A stretch of DNA of 63,599 nt, counting the filler, from Lenisia limosa (lineage: Eukaryota; Protista; Breviatea), in NCBI GenBank assembly GCA_001655205.1. It is 10 parts of 10 records of this genome, joined end to end, with 100 filler letters (N's around TTAATTAATTAA, not from the genome) between each part and the next. Parts side by side here need not be neighbours in the genome. Positions count along the whole stretch, not along the records: positions 49,438 to 51,560 come from LPNZ01002209.1; positions 51,661 to 58,473 come from LPNZ01005946.1; positions 58,574 to 63,599 come from LPNZ01008919.1; 7 more parts are not named here. One strand, 5' to 3'. The translations under genes were made by a program, and so were the position numbers. Under the pieces are notes generated by a model that worked only from the letters and a program-made list of their open reading frames with translations, was not told where the DNA came from and ran no database searches. Below, piece after piece: positions 49,440 through 61,593 of the stretch (position 1 is its first letter; every line of letters begins with the position of its first letter).

Positions 49440-51540
49440 CCTCCCCCCCTTCACCTCCACGGAAATCACGTGCTTTCCTTGCGTCAAGGGTCCCGCCCAT
49501 GACACGGTGTGTGAAAGGTCGTGGTACTGGCCAGTGGCAACTGGAGTGCTGCTCACTTCCACTCCATCGATCTTGGCAGGTTAAATATTATATGTACAGA
49601 CAAATAAAACAAGACTGTATCTGGCCAAGTCGTCCCAAATATCGATCTTGCAAGGTTAAGAGTTAATCTTGGCAGGTTTATGATGACAATGCTAATGACT
49701 TGGGGTTCCCTATGGTCCAAAAAAGCTTGATAAATCCTCCATAAATATTGGTATTTTACTGGTCTTTTTTGGACCGTAGGGAATCCTGAGAAAATTATAA
49801 AAGATGGTAGTATACGGCCGAAGTCGTCCACACAAGATTAATTACGATAATATTGATTCTGCTGATAATTGCAGCTCCGTCAATCTTGGCGGGTTATAAT
49901 AGAAGAAGACAATTGTTTCAGCCCGTCCCTTACTCCAAGGGGTGTGGTGTCGTAGACGATTTCGGAATATCAGAGTATATTATATACAGTGACCGGGATA
50001 AGTCTCCATCGATTTGCTATGGTTTATCCTCATGAATATCGGTCAAGATTTATTACTCCGGTCACTATATTGATAGTATATGTTGCAATATAATTATACA
50101 GTAACTGGGATAAGTCTTGACCGATTTTCCTTGGGAAATCACACAGCAAATCGGTCAAAACTTATCCCGGGCACTGTATATGATTTCTTAAAACTTCTTC
50201 AAAACAAGTCTCAATGCGCTGTAGTATATCTAGCAATGGGAAATAAAAAATAAGGATGTATCTGGCCGAAGCCGTCCACACTATCGCGCTTATAAGAGAT
50301 ATTGGATTATAGTAGTATCATAAATCCGCCCATACGACGATTGAGACTTTCGACAGAATGGCGTCGCCCTCAGGAGAATTCGAGGAAGTGGTCACCATAA
50401 TCATTGCCTGATAAATGAGAACAATTCGACGGATGTTTGGGAAGGAACAAGAGTGAAAGAGCGAACAGCACTTAAAAAATATTTGGAAGAAAACATCACA
50501 ACTTAGTGCTATTGAGACGGGGGAACATAATTATCACAAATAAACACCGTTCACATGAGTCCNNNNNNNNNNNNNNNNNNNNNNNNNNNNNNNNNNNNNN
50601 NNNNNNNNNNNNNNNNNNNNNNNNNNNNNNNNNNNNNNNNNNNNNNNNNNNNNNNNNNNNNNACGTGTTGTCATGATATGTAAATCAACTTTGTATAATT
50701 CGACGCATATCATGATATCAATATAGCTTTCAGCTCAATATCCAATAGAGCAACCCCCTTCCAACCTGAGAATCGGCAAAGAGTTCTATTGTGTCCGAAC
50801 GGAGAACTCTACTAGGTGAGAAATACTACTCATCCTCAAATTACGTTGTTCTTTTATCCGTCCAATCTGCAAATCATCATAAGCTGAGTAACAAAACGCA
50901 GTACAAATCATCACGTTTATTAGAGATAAAATGTTGTCGTCAATTGTTCGATAACTAATCTGCTATCTGGGACAACTTTCCCATTGAAACCCTGCTTTAA
51001 TGGTTCCCACAAACATGGGGGTGGTGCCGATAGTGGCGGACCAAGGCTCCAGAACTGAGTATGACACTCCTGGAAAATAAGATACAAGATTCACTCCAAA
51101 CTATTAATCGTACAAATCATATAGCTACTACTATATATAGTATGTTTATATGTACTACACTCACAATAACCTCAAATCAGAGAAAGAAACACCAAACCGT
51201 CAGATATCTACTATACTACACCTGAATCCTTAATCATACACACACAAAATATAATATGATATACAATAACTCCAAATAAACGATTTGCCCCCAAATCATT
51301 AATTGATGTACGTGAACATATATAGTAATATAGTATACACTAATCCCAAATCAGGGTTAACATCTATTATTCGTAAAATATATATAATATATATCATATA
51401 CACATAGAATACACTACATACTATATTCTGCCCGTATATAAAGATTACCATCACACCGTTAATCTTGTTGGCGAGTTCGAAAGCCACAAAGCTGTTCACT
51501 GTGGTGGAGCAGGTTTTATCACATGTGCCTGCAATGAATC
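49440..51540 (-). CDS. Hypothetical multi-exon protein fragment (contig 8)
   Basis: Exon-like blocks GTCDKTCSTTVNSFVAFELANKINGVM, GVSYSVLEPWSATIGTTPMFVG and TPVATGQYHDLSHTVSWAGPLTQGKHVISVE, separated by repeat-laden introns. Confidence 0.3.
50251..50313. repeat. Dispersed ~65-bp repeat family A: AAGGTTGTATCTGGCCGAAGCCGTCCACACCATCACGCTTATAAGAGATATTGGATTATAGT
   Basis: Full or partial copies in both orientations at ~1233, 9507, 12988(-), 26208(-), 34424, 35955, 44365(-), 46890(-), 48826, 49610 and 49801. Confidence 0.85.
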
Positions 51541-51918
51541 TGGGGAGGGGGGGGGGGGGGNNNNNNNNNNNNNNNNNNNNNNNNNNNNNNNNNNNNNNNN
51601 NNNNTTAATTAATTAANNNNNNNNNNNNNNNNNNNNNNNNNNNNNNNNNNNNNNNNNNNNGTGCTAAATGTATGTGATGTACCAGGTATGATCACGATAT
51701 ATTAGAGAAATGCGTATTTTGATTACTATTTATGAACAAACCGCGAAACTTTGATGACTGATTTTGGGGAAAATATTCAGGCAGAAAAAAAAAAAAAAAA
51801 ACAATGTCACTCATGATATATTATCTCTTGTCAAGGGAAACTGAAAGACAAAGCAAAAATGGTGACAGTTTGCCTNNNNNNNNNNNNNNNNNNNNNNNNN
51901 NNNNNNNNNNNNNNNNNC

Positions 51919-52264
51919 ATGTCATGGACCTTATTAGCGTCACCAGCATTGGTATACTGAAGACCGAACGTTTGGTTCTGTTCATTCCGAAAATAGTGGA
52001 AGGTTTCACCTTGCTTTCCGTATTGAACTTGAGCAGTGATGTTGCTATGGAAGATATACTGGAATAGTAAGAGGAGAGGCCATCCGCAAAAAAAAAAAAC
52101 CTTTCCGCCTGCAGCTGCGGCAATTCTGTTTCCTGGGAAGATGAAAATTTGTCCCTGGCCCTAGAGAAAAGAAGATAAGACAAATTGGACTGAGGACAAA
52201 AGATGCTTACCAAAGGATTCCATGCTCCAGCATTGTTTTGATGCAAATTTAAAGATACATTCAC
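51919..52264 (-). CDS. EVH1/WH1-domain protein, N-terminal part
   Basis: MNVSLNLHQNNAGAWNPL|GQGQIFIFPGNRIAAAAGGK|YIFHSNITAQVQYGKQGETFHYFRNEQNQTFGLQYTNAGDANKVHDM resembles the EVH1 pattern TFHqw.d.rq.yGLnF.s..dA..F. Confidence 0.55.
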
Positions 52265-52853
52265 AAGTGGGTCACTAAAATGATCAGAATACTTCTAAGA
52301 GTGAACATACCCCATCTTGATAATCTAGTTCCTGAGTTTCCTTTTTGATTCGCAATAATATATACAACAATTTGCTTAAATGGCAGATGATTGAAAGTTT
52401 TGAATTGAAAATGAAAAAAACTAATCAAAAGCAATTCCTTTTGCTCTGTCGACCAAACAGAAACGTACTATTATTCCACTTATGCTCTTAATCAGCTATT
52501 AAGAGAAAAAAAACATACTATCATAACATTAAATATATTTTTATGTCAGGTATATTATCTATATCGCAATACAATGCTAGGTCATTCCGGAATTATGTCG
52601 ACAGTTAGCCGACAATGTAAAACCAAAAGCTCTTTTGTTTGATTTTTTGCCCTGTTTTCCTGTGTATTACTCAGGTATTATTTTTTGTCAAAAAGGTGAG
52701 CCAAAGAGGGTGTTGTGGGTGGAATGTGTTTGGAAAAATTTCTTCTGTGATACTGCTCAGCAGTGACTCTCAAAGAATAACAGTGTGATAATATGGTGAT
52801 AGTTGGTGGATAATAGTAAATTTAATAGTTTTTTGATTTCTTTCACTCTTCAG

Positions 52854-53673
52854 ATGGCCGAACATTGTTGCATTTTCTCCAAATTTGCCAGCTCATTAAG
52901 CTGTGAAGAGACCAGCCTTGCTATTGCTAAGTATCTTCCGGAAGAGTATGGGGAAAATCGAGTTGTTGACTTTTGAAATACATTTCTGTCACACTTTTAG
53001 ATATGGGTATGTTCTACTTTCCGTGGTCTTCCTTTTTGGTGTTCTTCTTTGGATGGGCATCAAGGTTTCTATGGCGCGTAAAGAACATGATGTTCCCTAC
53101 CCAATTATGGTAGGACACTGAAGCTTTCCCCAAGTCATTTCTTTGTCCTTCCTCAATTCATATTTCAGTACGCTGACGACAAGAAGGTATTTAACTGTGT
53201 CCAGAGAGGACATCAAAATACCCTGTTAGCGGAGATATTTGGTAAAATATTTAATAATTTTTTGATATTGGCTTCTTACACCTTTAGTGAGACGGTGTGG
53301 TTTGTTCTCCTCCTCAATGTTATGAATGGACTCGTGTTCCCCAAATTGGTGGGCTTGGGTTTTGAATTCAGTTGAAAGGCACAACCCTACGTAGCACAAC
53401 CTGCGTTATACCTTTACATTTCAGTGTGCAGCTACTCTCTTTATGTACTCCGTGGCGCGTATCAGTTACTTCAGAGGTTTGTTCAGATGTTGTAAACACA
53501 TTGTTGACCTCAATAGGCTATGCCACCGGTTCACCTGAAAACCGTGTTGGACTCACGTACATGATCGGTCGGCTTTCTGGCGAACTCTTCCAGGTAAGCC
53601 CTTTAACCTTGGGTAGCCCTGTTTTACTTCCTAGGTTCTTCTCATGGTCTTCATTGCTCTCCATGCCCTTTAA
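52854..53673 (+). CDS. MGST3: MAPEG family protein (microsomal glutathione S-transferase 3-like)
   Basis: YGYVLLSVVFLFGVLLWMGIKVSMARKEHDVPYPIM|YADDKKVFNCVQRGHQNTL|E...VARISYFRGYATGSPENR. Stop is TAA 53671-53673. Confidence 0.88.
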
Positions 53674-53799
53674 GTTCGTTTCCTGTTAGTGTTTTTTACC
53701 CAATGTATTGTAATTTTCCTTGAAGGGAAGAGTGGTATTGTTTCATCACAAACATAAACCGGTCTCAAACACAAATCAGAGGTATTTTCTCTCAAAAAC

Positions 53800-56700
53800 C
53801 TAAACCATTGCAAGGCTGTCAGGAAGGTGGTAGCGTAATCTTGCGGCAACTGTCATGGCCATGTCAAAGGACATGTGACAAACGTATTTTGGACTTGCTG
53901 GAACGGTTAGGACAACACGTTTGTGGTGTAAAATATGGTACCCACTTACAGATCATATCCGACTGGTTAATAACACCCAAGAGGTCCGAACGGACAAGCT
54001 TTTGGATCTACAAGAATAACCAAACATAAGAACTGTGTGCAACAAAAGGGATAATGGTACGAGGTGAGTTTCACTCACGGTTGCGGCAATGACTGCATCA
54101 GCTGGGGCGGGTTGTTCAGCTGGGTATACACTGACCAACATAGACATCATTCTCTCATGTGAGAACACGCCGGGCCCTTCAATTTGTGGTGCAAATGCCT
54201 TGAATGTGAATTCTAATACCCAATGTTCCGACCAATTCCATTCTTGAAAGCTTGAAACAATCATGATCATTTGTCAAATAAAGGCTGCTCAAATAAATAC
54301 ATATTTTATTAGATTTGTTTATTTTTGAAATAGGTTAGCGTAAGCTTGTGTAGCCATATCAGCCGTAAAGTTGAGTCGATAAGTTGCTAATCAGCATTTT
54401 CATGAAAAACTCCTTCCAAAAGAAAGCTTATGACACTGGATAAATTAGAGTGACCAAAAAACTTGTCATTTCAAATATATTATATTCCTTGGATGGATTT
54501 TATCCACATTGTGAGCATAAAATATTGTTGTAAACAATGTGACCAACCTTTTGTGCTTTTGACGAAATTCGCCTTCTTGAAGTTGTTTTCTGTTGTGTAA
54601 GTGCAAAGCAATCATATGAACTAAAACAATGGGGGGGGGGGGGNNNNNNNNNNNNNNNNNNNNNNNNNNNNNNNNNNNNNNNNNNNNNNNNNNNNNNNNN
54701 NNNNNNNATGTAAGAACAAAGGTAGGAACAAAGGAGAAGGTAAAGAGTGAGGGGAGGAAGGACAAACTTGGTGGCACCTGAAATGTTATGGATGTAAAGA
54801 CTTTGTTTGCCACCAACTTGTTCTGAGTTTTGTACTGAATATCTGAGGACTTGAAACAGCTTCATCCCACTACAAGATCAAACGTCCATTAATATTAAAA
54901 AGAGGTAGTAAATGAGCAATGAACACAATGTAGTAGGTGCTCTCATGACCAATATTATGTGTAACTCCTCAAACTTGAAGATCTGTAATTTCTCTCAGAT
55001 ATACTTTGTCCAAAACAATTTTGATGAGTGGAGATATGGCGGCCCAAAGTCGCTGCGGTGGCAAAGTGTCTGAAACCGTTAAACAAAATTAAATCATCAA
55101 AAAGTGACATAAGAACTTAGCCATACTTTCACCATATTTCAGAGGAGCAGAGTAGACCTCCCAAAGTATCAAACAAAGGCGACTGAGATCTGGAAGTGAC
55201 CGAACTGCATTGAACACAGACTTCACCACCGCGTCTACAAACTAAAGCGTGACGATAAAGAGGCATAAGAACATATTGTGGAGAATCCAGGTAAATAAGA
55301 CAGATTGTTTGTTTACCGTTCTAAACATGTGTGGAGGAATGGCTTCGTCCGTTGCGACTTCATTAGGTTTCAGGGTGGTGATGATTTCTATTAGTTCCTG
55401 GAGAGAATTACAAAAGGGTATACAAATAGTGACCATTAATGAAGTAGATCAGTTATAAGTTATATCAATCAGAAAGTGTCGGATATCAGTAAGAATCATT
55501 AATTGATATTCAGCTGAAAACCGAATACAAGTTTAATAAGTTTTTTATAAGTCAATTTTCGGATAACCGAATCCAACCGAAGTGAAGTACTACATGACGT
55601 TAGTGTACCACGTTTCATAAAAGATAATATGATATTATTAACATCCAGAAAAGTGGTTAAATGAGAAAAGTAATTGATATTTATTTGTGTGAAAATAGAT
55701 ATATGTATGTAATAATAGTATAGTATATTAAAACTAAGTAATTAGAAGGAAAAGTTAAATGATGGATCTTGTGGCGTTGCTTTTGTACCCAACTCCCCCA
55801 GAATACTTTATCAAAATAAGCAGGGAAATGGATAGTTCTGGGAACAACACATTTACCACTTCCGCCAAATCTTGACCATGGTAATCTTGACAAAACAACC
55901 AAACATATCGGACGCTGTGACTACACGTGGGGTAAATAACAGCAGGATATGTTTCAATACTATAAATATTTTTACTACTATCAATTTGGGATCACGATAA
56001 CATATTTCAGTATGAAAGTGAATGTACAATTGTTCTAAAAAGAGGTTATGACCCACAAATTCTGAGATACGCATGAGTGCATAGAATAATGAACTGTGTC
56101 GATCAAGCAAAAATTCTGCGTTTTCAAGAACCTGAAATATCATCCAGCAAGGCAAAGCAACATACAGCAATAATAACACATTCAGTGATGTCAATTAAAA
56201 AAGTAGCTGAAAAACATTTAGAGGGCAGAAGATACTTTTAAAAGAGTGAATTCCCTTACGAAATAAATAGTGTCTCCAGATTTGTAGGTGTATCTGGATT
56301 ATCAAGATCAGGTGCATTCAAAAAAGACAAGGTGACTGTACTAACCTGCTGATAATTTCGTCTGTAAGATTTTTTATAGCATCACAACTTAGCTCAATGT
56401 CGCTTTGATCTTGCGATCTCATTTTACTGAGTTCAGGATCCAAAGATGCCTGGGCGGCAGCGAAAATAGTTTCTTTGTCAGACTCCCCCCAAGGTAGCAG
56501 CTCATTGTCCTCCTCGTTATCAAGACCATCCAGATAGTCGTCAATTGGAGAATTTGACACAGAACCTTCACGAATAGGCTTAACAAGCGGTTCGGAAGCG
56601 AACATAGGAAGTGGTACAAGTTCTTGAAGAGGGTAGGGCCCTTTCATCCCGAAGAACCAAGTTTCCCCGTCATAATCAACTTTCTAAGGAATCAATTTCC

Positions 56701-57665
56701 CGATCAGGGTTATTGTGAATACTGTATGGTGTGGCTACTATGTGACCACCGCTTCTTTGTAAGCCTTTAACTATACTAACCTTACTGTCTTCTTCAGCCT
56801 TCTTCTCAGCCAGGCCTTTGACTTCCTGTGTCTTTGAAATAGATGAAAGACCTAGGTCATTTCGAATAGTACGGGTCCTTCTCTTATCCGAAAGAATAGC
56901 CTGCTTGACATCAAACACCGAAAAATGGAGAAGTGACACCCGGAAACAAGATCAGCGCTTACCTTATCAGACAAATACGATCGAAGGTCTTCAATAAGGT
57001 CACTATATCTACGCTAAATTGTGAATCACCAAAACATAAACATGGGCATTACTAACCTTTGTAGATTGCTGGATTTCTTCATCTGACAGCTGGCTCAACC
57101 AAGAAGAAAAGGAAGAGATGTTTGAGAGATAAATATCTTTGTTGTCTACAAAATATTAATAAACAATTTCCAACCACGATTATAAAATAAACACAGATTA
57201 TCCCTACCTGATAGTTGATTCTTGATAGTCGTAAAAACGGACTGGGATGATTTCAGTTCCGGACAATCGAGGTACACATGAGCCAAGCCAAGGTGACTGA
57301 TAAAGTGATATCTTTCTTTCCCATTCCTTGCCAACTTGAAGATATTTCGGATTGCTGTAGTTTTGCCAGTTTGCTCAGGACCATGGAGGAACAAGGTTCT
57401 GGTTAAGTCCCAAGGCTATATAAAAATTAACAAATATGATACTAAAGTAAATACAATTTCCATTCGATGAAACAAGAAAACGAATGTTCTGAAGTAATAA
57501 CGATTAAAACTGTCCTCTCCCTCAAACACATCCAATCTGTGAAAGAACTTCGTCTATCGGCTTCGAGCGATTCGGTAGTATTTTGTTGACAGTTGCTCTA
57601 GTATTGATGACTTGCCTTTCCCAGTTAAGTACTCGGTCTTGCGTAAAAACCTTTGAACCTCCCAT
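53800..57665 (-). CDS. ORC5: Divergent origin recognition complex subunit 5 (AAA+), multi-exon
   Basis: LPNRSKPIDEVLSQIG, TLFLHGPEQTGKTT (Walker A), AHVYLDCPE, QVLENAEFLLDRHSSLFYALMRISEF (matches ORC5 IVLDKAEYLRD...FLRLQEL) and PRTIHFPAY (matches P..lyFP.Y). The 3' exons are assigned to this gene by continuity. Confidence 0.72.
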
Positions 57666-59217
57666 TGTATAAAGACAGGATAAGGTGAGAAATGCCAGTG
57701 AAGCAACAAAGTGTCAAGTTTACCCGTTCTATGTTATTAAAATAAACATGAGGAAATATGTATGAGGATCGGAGGGGGAGAGGGAAGAGAGAGTTGGGGA
57801 ACGAGGGGGAGAGAAATTGCCGCTGCCGTAGTTTTACCCATAACAGTGTTTGGGCGATTTTTCAACATCTCTTTAGCATTGATATACTGAGATAGTGTAA
57901 TAAAGTTTATCTGATGACTATAGCTACAAAAACACTCTTTGTTATTTTTTAAAATGTAAGATTAGTCACCTCCAGCGTCCCCCATCGTCTTTTTACAATG
58001 AGTCAACCTAGTACAGATGTAAGCGAATGGCTTTAAAGGTATTACTTGCTTCACAGGGCTACCCATCCACTATTGTTTTTATCAACATCTCTTTTTTCTT
58101 TCGAAGAAACTTTTTTTTTTTTTTTTATGACTAACTTCAATGTATTCAAAATCAGTTGAGAAAGTTAATCAGTGGAGAAAGTTATTTTTGACAATGGAAC
58201 AGAAAATTGTTTCCCACTACTCTTCCGTGCGTTTTCTGCGGGGGAATAACACTTCAGGTTCCTGACACTCCCGGTGGTTGCATACTAGAATGCCCGCTCT
58301 GTACAGAACCTTGCAACTGCCTCAAATTCCCAAGGTTAGCTGGGAGTAAGTCTGAATAGACCATGTGGCTTTCGCTGCAGTTGTAATGAAGCGCCCTGGA
58401 TAATCTCTACTGGAGTCAAAAACAGTGTGTAGCAGCAGTGACCGTGACTTTCGTTGAAAAGGATCTTTTTATTNNNNNNNNNNNNNNNNNNNNNNNNNNN
58501 NNNNNNNNNNNNNNNNNTTAATTAATTAANNNNNNNNNNNNNNNNNNNNNNNNNNNNNNNNNNNNNNNNNNNNCGAGGGTTGAGAACAACAACACAAACA
58601 AAGCCCAGGCCAGTCCCATCTCTCCAGCGTACGAATCAACTCTGATTAGTTTTTCAGCCTACCTGCCTTGAACATCCACTGGGGCATTTGTCGACACCAG
58701 TGACCAGATATCGTCATCGTGCACAACTACATTACATTAGTCACACATCATGTAGCAATTTATATCATATTACATTAGTAACACATCATGTTGCAATCAT
58801 AACATTAAAAAGATATACAAGTTAAGTTTCAATATGCCACGTCGAAATTATCACAAATTACAAAATTAATTAGAGTCCTGACGTTCCCTTATTTCCTCTG
58901 AGAAGTGAAGAAATAGGTTATTGATGAAGTAGAAATGAGAAAAACCAAGCTACAAGCTGACTAAAGCCACTAACACCATCATGCTTTATAATAATTATTA
59001 TTATGGCAAATGATTGGGTGAATTAATACATGAAGTTGGTTTTAAAAGTTTAACCAGGCAGAGGCTAGCTTTATTCCTTGGGCTATAACTTTATTCAAAT
59101 GATGTAACTTAGTTTCACTAAGTCCGAAGTGTTGGGCTATGTATATTAGTTTGGTATTGACATATGTTTTGACATACAAGTAGCTTGGGATGCAATTTCA
59201 GAGTAGAAAAAAACCAC

Positions 59218-59744
59218 TCATGGTGGGTTTTCCTTCAGTATTGTCCATGCTTTATCAAATCTTAATTCGGCGTCAATGGAGACACCTAGCATTGTGATGG
59301 TCGTTGATGGCTCAATACATGTTGATTTCAAGAGTTGGGGTGCTTTAATTGTTTTCAATGTCAGACCAGTGAATGAACATTTGTCCAAGTTTAGTAGGAT
59401 AGGGAACTGCAAATTCAAGGGTAATTTCAAATTTGGTTATCAGCCCCTCGATTGAGCCGGCGACCAAAGTAGTATTCGGCATTGGCCAGAGCCCCAATTA
59501 TAAGATGTTCAGGTTCATCCGGAATTTTTCTGACAAAGTGGAGTTTTTTCATGTCTCTGGTTTTCATTATGTTGTGCTCTGAGTGGTGCCCTCTGGGGTC
59601 ATTTGGAAGGGTGATTAGCGGGTCCAGAAAGATGGCATAGATGACTGGGGAAAGGGCGTCTCCCTGTGGGAGACCTTTTTTAATGGGGAATTGCTTTGCA
59701 ATTCCATAATCAGTTTTAATTTGCCCAGTTGCCTTTTTCCTCAT
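59218..59744 (-). pseudogene. Degenerate non-LTR (LINE-like) reverse transcriptase fragment
   Basis: FPIKKGLPQGDALSPVIYAIFLDPL (RT domain 4), then a frameshift, then LNLDKCSF and MLGVSI (domains 6-7). The YADD motif is decayed and there are no introns. Confidence 0.8.
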
Positions 59745-59858
59745 ACTCTTTACTGGATTGATGTTTGTGGATTTTGCGCGAAAAATCGATTGACAAAAAA
59801 ATGACTTCTCTCTTCAACGAAAAAGAAACGAGGGCAGGCTGGCGCTTTGAGTTGAGTT

Positions 59859-59930
59859 ACTTCGTTGGCTCATTGGTTAAAGCATTTGTCTGTCACACAA
59901 AAGGACCCGGTTCAATTCCGGGACGTTTCT
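59859..59930 (+). tRNA. tRNA-Asp(GTC)-like sequence with broken acceptor stem (pseudo-tRNA or SINE head)
   Basis: D arm GCTCATTGGTTAAAGC, anticodon stem TTTGT-CTGTCAC-ACAAA and T arm CCCGG-TTCAATT-CCGGG. Only 3 of 7 acceptor pairs form (ACTTCGT/ACGTTTC). Confidence 0.65.
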
Positions 59931-61185
59931 CATACTTAACTCGCACTCGCCTTTCTTTTTGCCGGGCCCCGGGCTTTTTTAATGTTTGTTCTCACTCAAA
60001 TCTGCTTTCTCCTTCTTTCCTTTAAGGACTTTTCAATTTTCAAGAGAAAAGCAACATGTTGTGAATAATTGTCGAGTTGAAACCTTGACTCATATCCATA
60101 TATCATATTATGCACAGCTCACCATCAAAGCCGGTGTACAAGATTGTTCAGACTTAGCATAATATATATATTTCAACGCAATCTTCCAGCGATAATACAT
60201 AATATATATATACATATCATAATGCAAATGATATAGCATGTACATACATATATCGATATATTACACATACATAATATCTCACATATCATATCATAGATCA
60301 TATGTATATGATATATACATATGATATAGTATATCATCTCTACAGTATATTACATAAGCAAACCTCCGGCGATGATGCTCTCGAAGGATTCGGAATCGAG
60401 AGGGCTCGGAGCGCCCGTAGCAGACCCGATGAGTTCGGATGTCGATTGGTGGTGCGGCATTCTAGGTGTGGGGGGAATAAAATTGGAAAATTGATGAAAC
60501 AGAAAAAGCCCAAAATCAACTCTGGCTGACAACACACGAGGGTTGATAACAACAAAACANNNNNNNNNNNNNNNNNNNNNNNNNNNNNNNNNNNNNNNNN
60601 NNNNNNNNNNNNNNNNNNNNNNNNNNTTTCCATAAACAATTAAGCATGACGGTACTAATCCCGAACAGAATAATTTTAAACAAAAAACAAAAAACAAACA
60701 CATTGTGCACACATTAAAACTAGAAAAAACCAGATAGATGTCAATGCTCCATTCAAAACGTAGTATGACAGACCTTCTCAAAATCTGTCAATATAGGTGA
60801 TCATTTCACTCATACTACGTTTTGAATATACTGTCGGGAACAAACTGAAACGTTTTCAAACAATCCCCATAAAAGCCAAGTTTGAAATCCAAATAGTTCG
60901 AGATATACAGTGACCAAGATTGGTCTTGACCTATTATCCTTGGGGAAATCATAGCAAATCGGTTAAGACTTATCCTGGTCACTGTATGACATGCATANNN
61001 NNNNNNNNNNNNNNNNNNNNNNNNNNNNNNNNNNNNNNNNNNNNNNNNNNNNNNNNNNNNNNNNNNNNNNNNNNNNNNNNNNNNNNNNNNNNNNNNNNNN
61101 NNNNNNNNNNNNNNNNNNNNNNNNNNNNNNNNNNNATTGATGCAATACCTACAAAGTTACATTTTGCAGTAAAGCCTCGATTGAA

Positions 61186-61256
61186 ACTGGATCATTAAGA
61201 CTCTATTGAAACTAGGATCATAAAGATAAAGTCTCTATTGAAACTAGGATCATAAG
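61186..61256. repeat. ~34-bp degenerate tandem repeat x3
   Basis: (TCT)ATTGAAACT(A)GGATCAT(T/A)AAGA is repeated. Confidence 0.75.
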
Positions 61257-61263
61257 ATCCGTA

Positions 61264-61593
61264 TTGAACTGCAAACTAAGAAACGAAACAGTCCACAATA
61301 TCTACAATGCTGGAGAAGACATTTCATTGGATCAAGCAATTGCTATTCAGGTTAAAAGTGCCATATTAAACGATGAAAGGACATCAACGTTGGATGACTC
61401 TTGCAAAGGCTTCTTACAAGGAGTTGCAGCCTCAATTGCCGTTATGAATTTGAGAAATGAGGGTGTTTTAGAGCAGCTTCCACTTATAACTCGAGCAATT
61501 ATTGAAGACGATATGCAGCGCTCAATCATTGAAACTGCCATCAAGTTTGTGAGTAATAAAACCAGTTCGGTTCTTTGTTTTAGAGAAGGGTGA
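61264..61593 (+). CDS. Intronless 109-codon ORF of unknown nature (possibly element-derived)
   Basis: Uninterrupted protein-like helical ORF in an otherwise intron-dense genome. No motif recognised. Confidence 0.25.
   Translation: MNCKLRNETVHNIYNAGEDISLDQAIAIQVKSAILNDERTSTLDDSCKGFLQGVAASIAVMNLRNEGVLEQLPLITRAIIEDDMQRSIIETAIKFVSNKTSSVLCFREG

Noticed and set aside
50281-50313. Family A reverse strand (...CTCTTATAAG CGTGATG GTGTGG...) as a portable 7-nt microexon
   Set aside because: Copies occur in both orientations within introns and the AG and GT are not conserved across copies.
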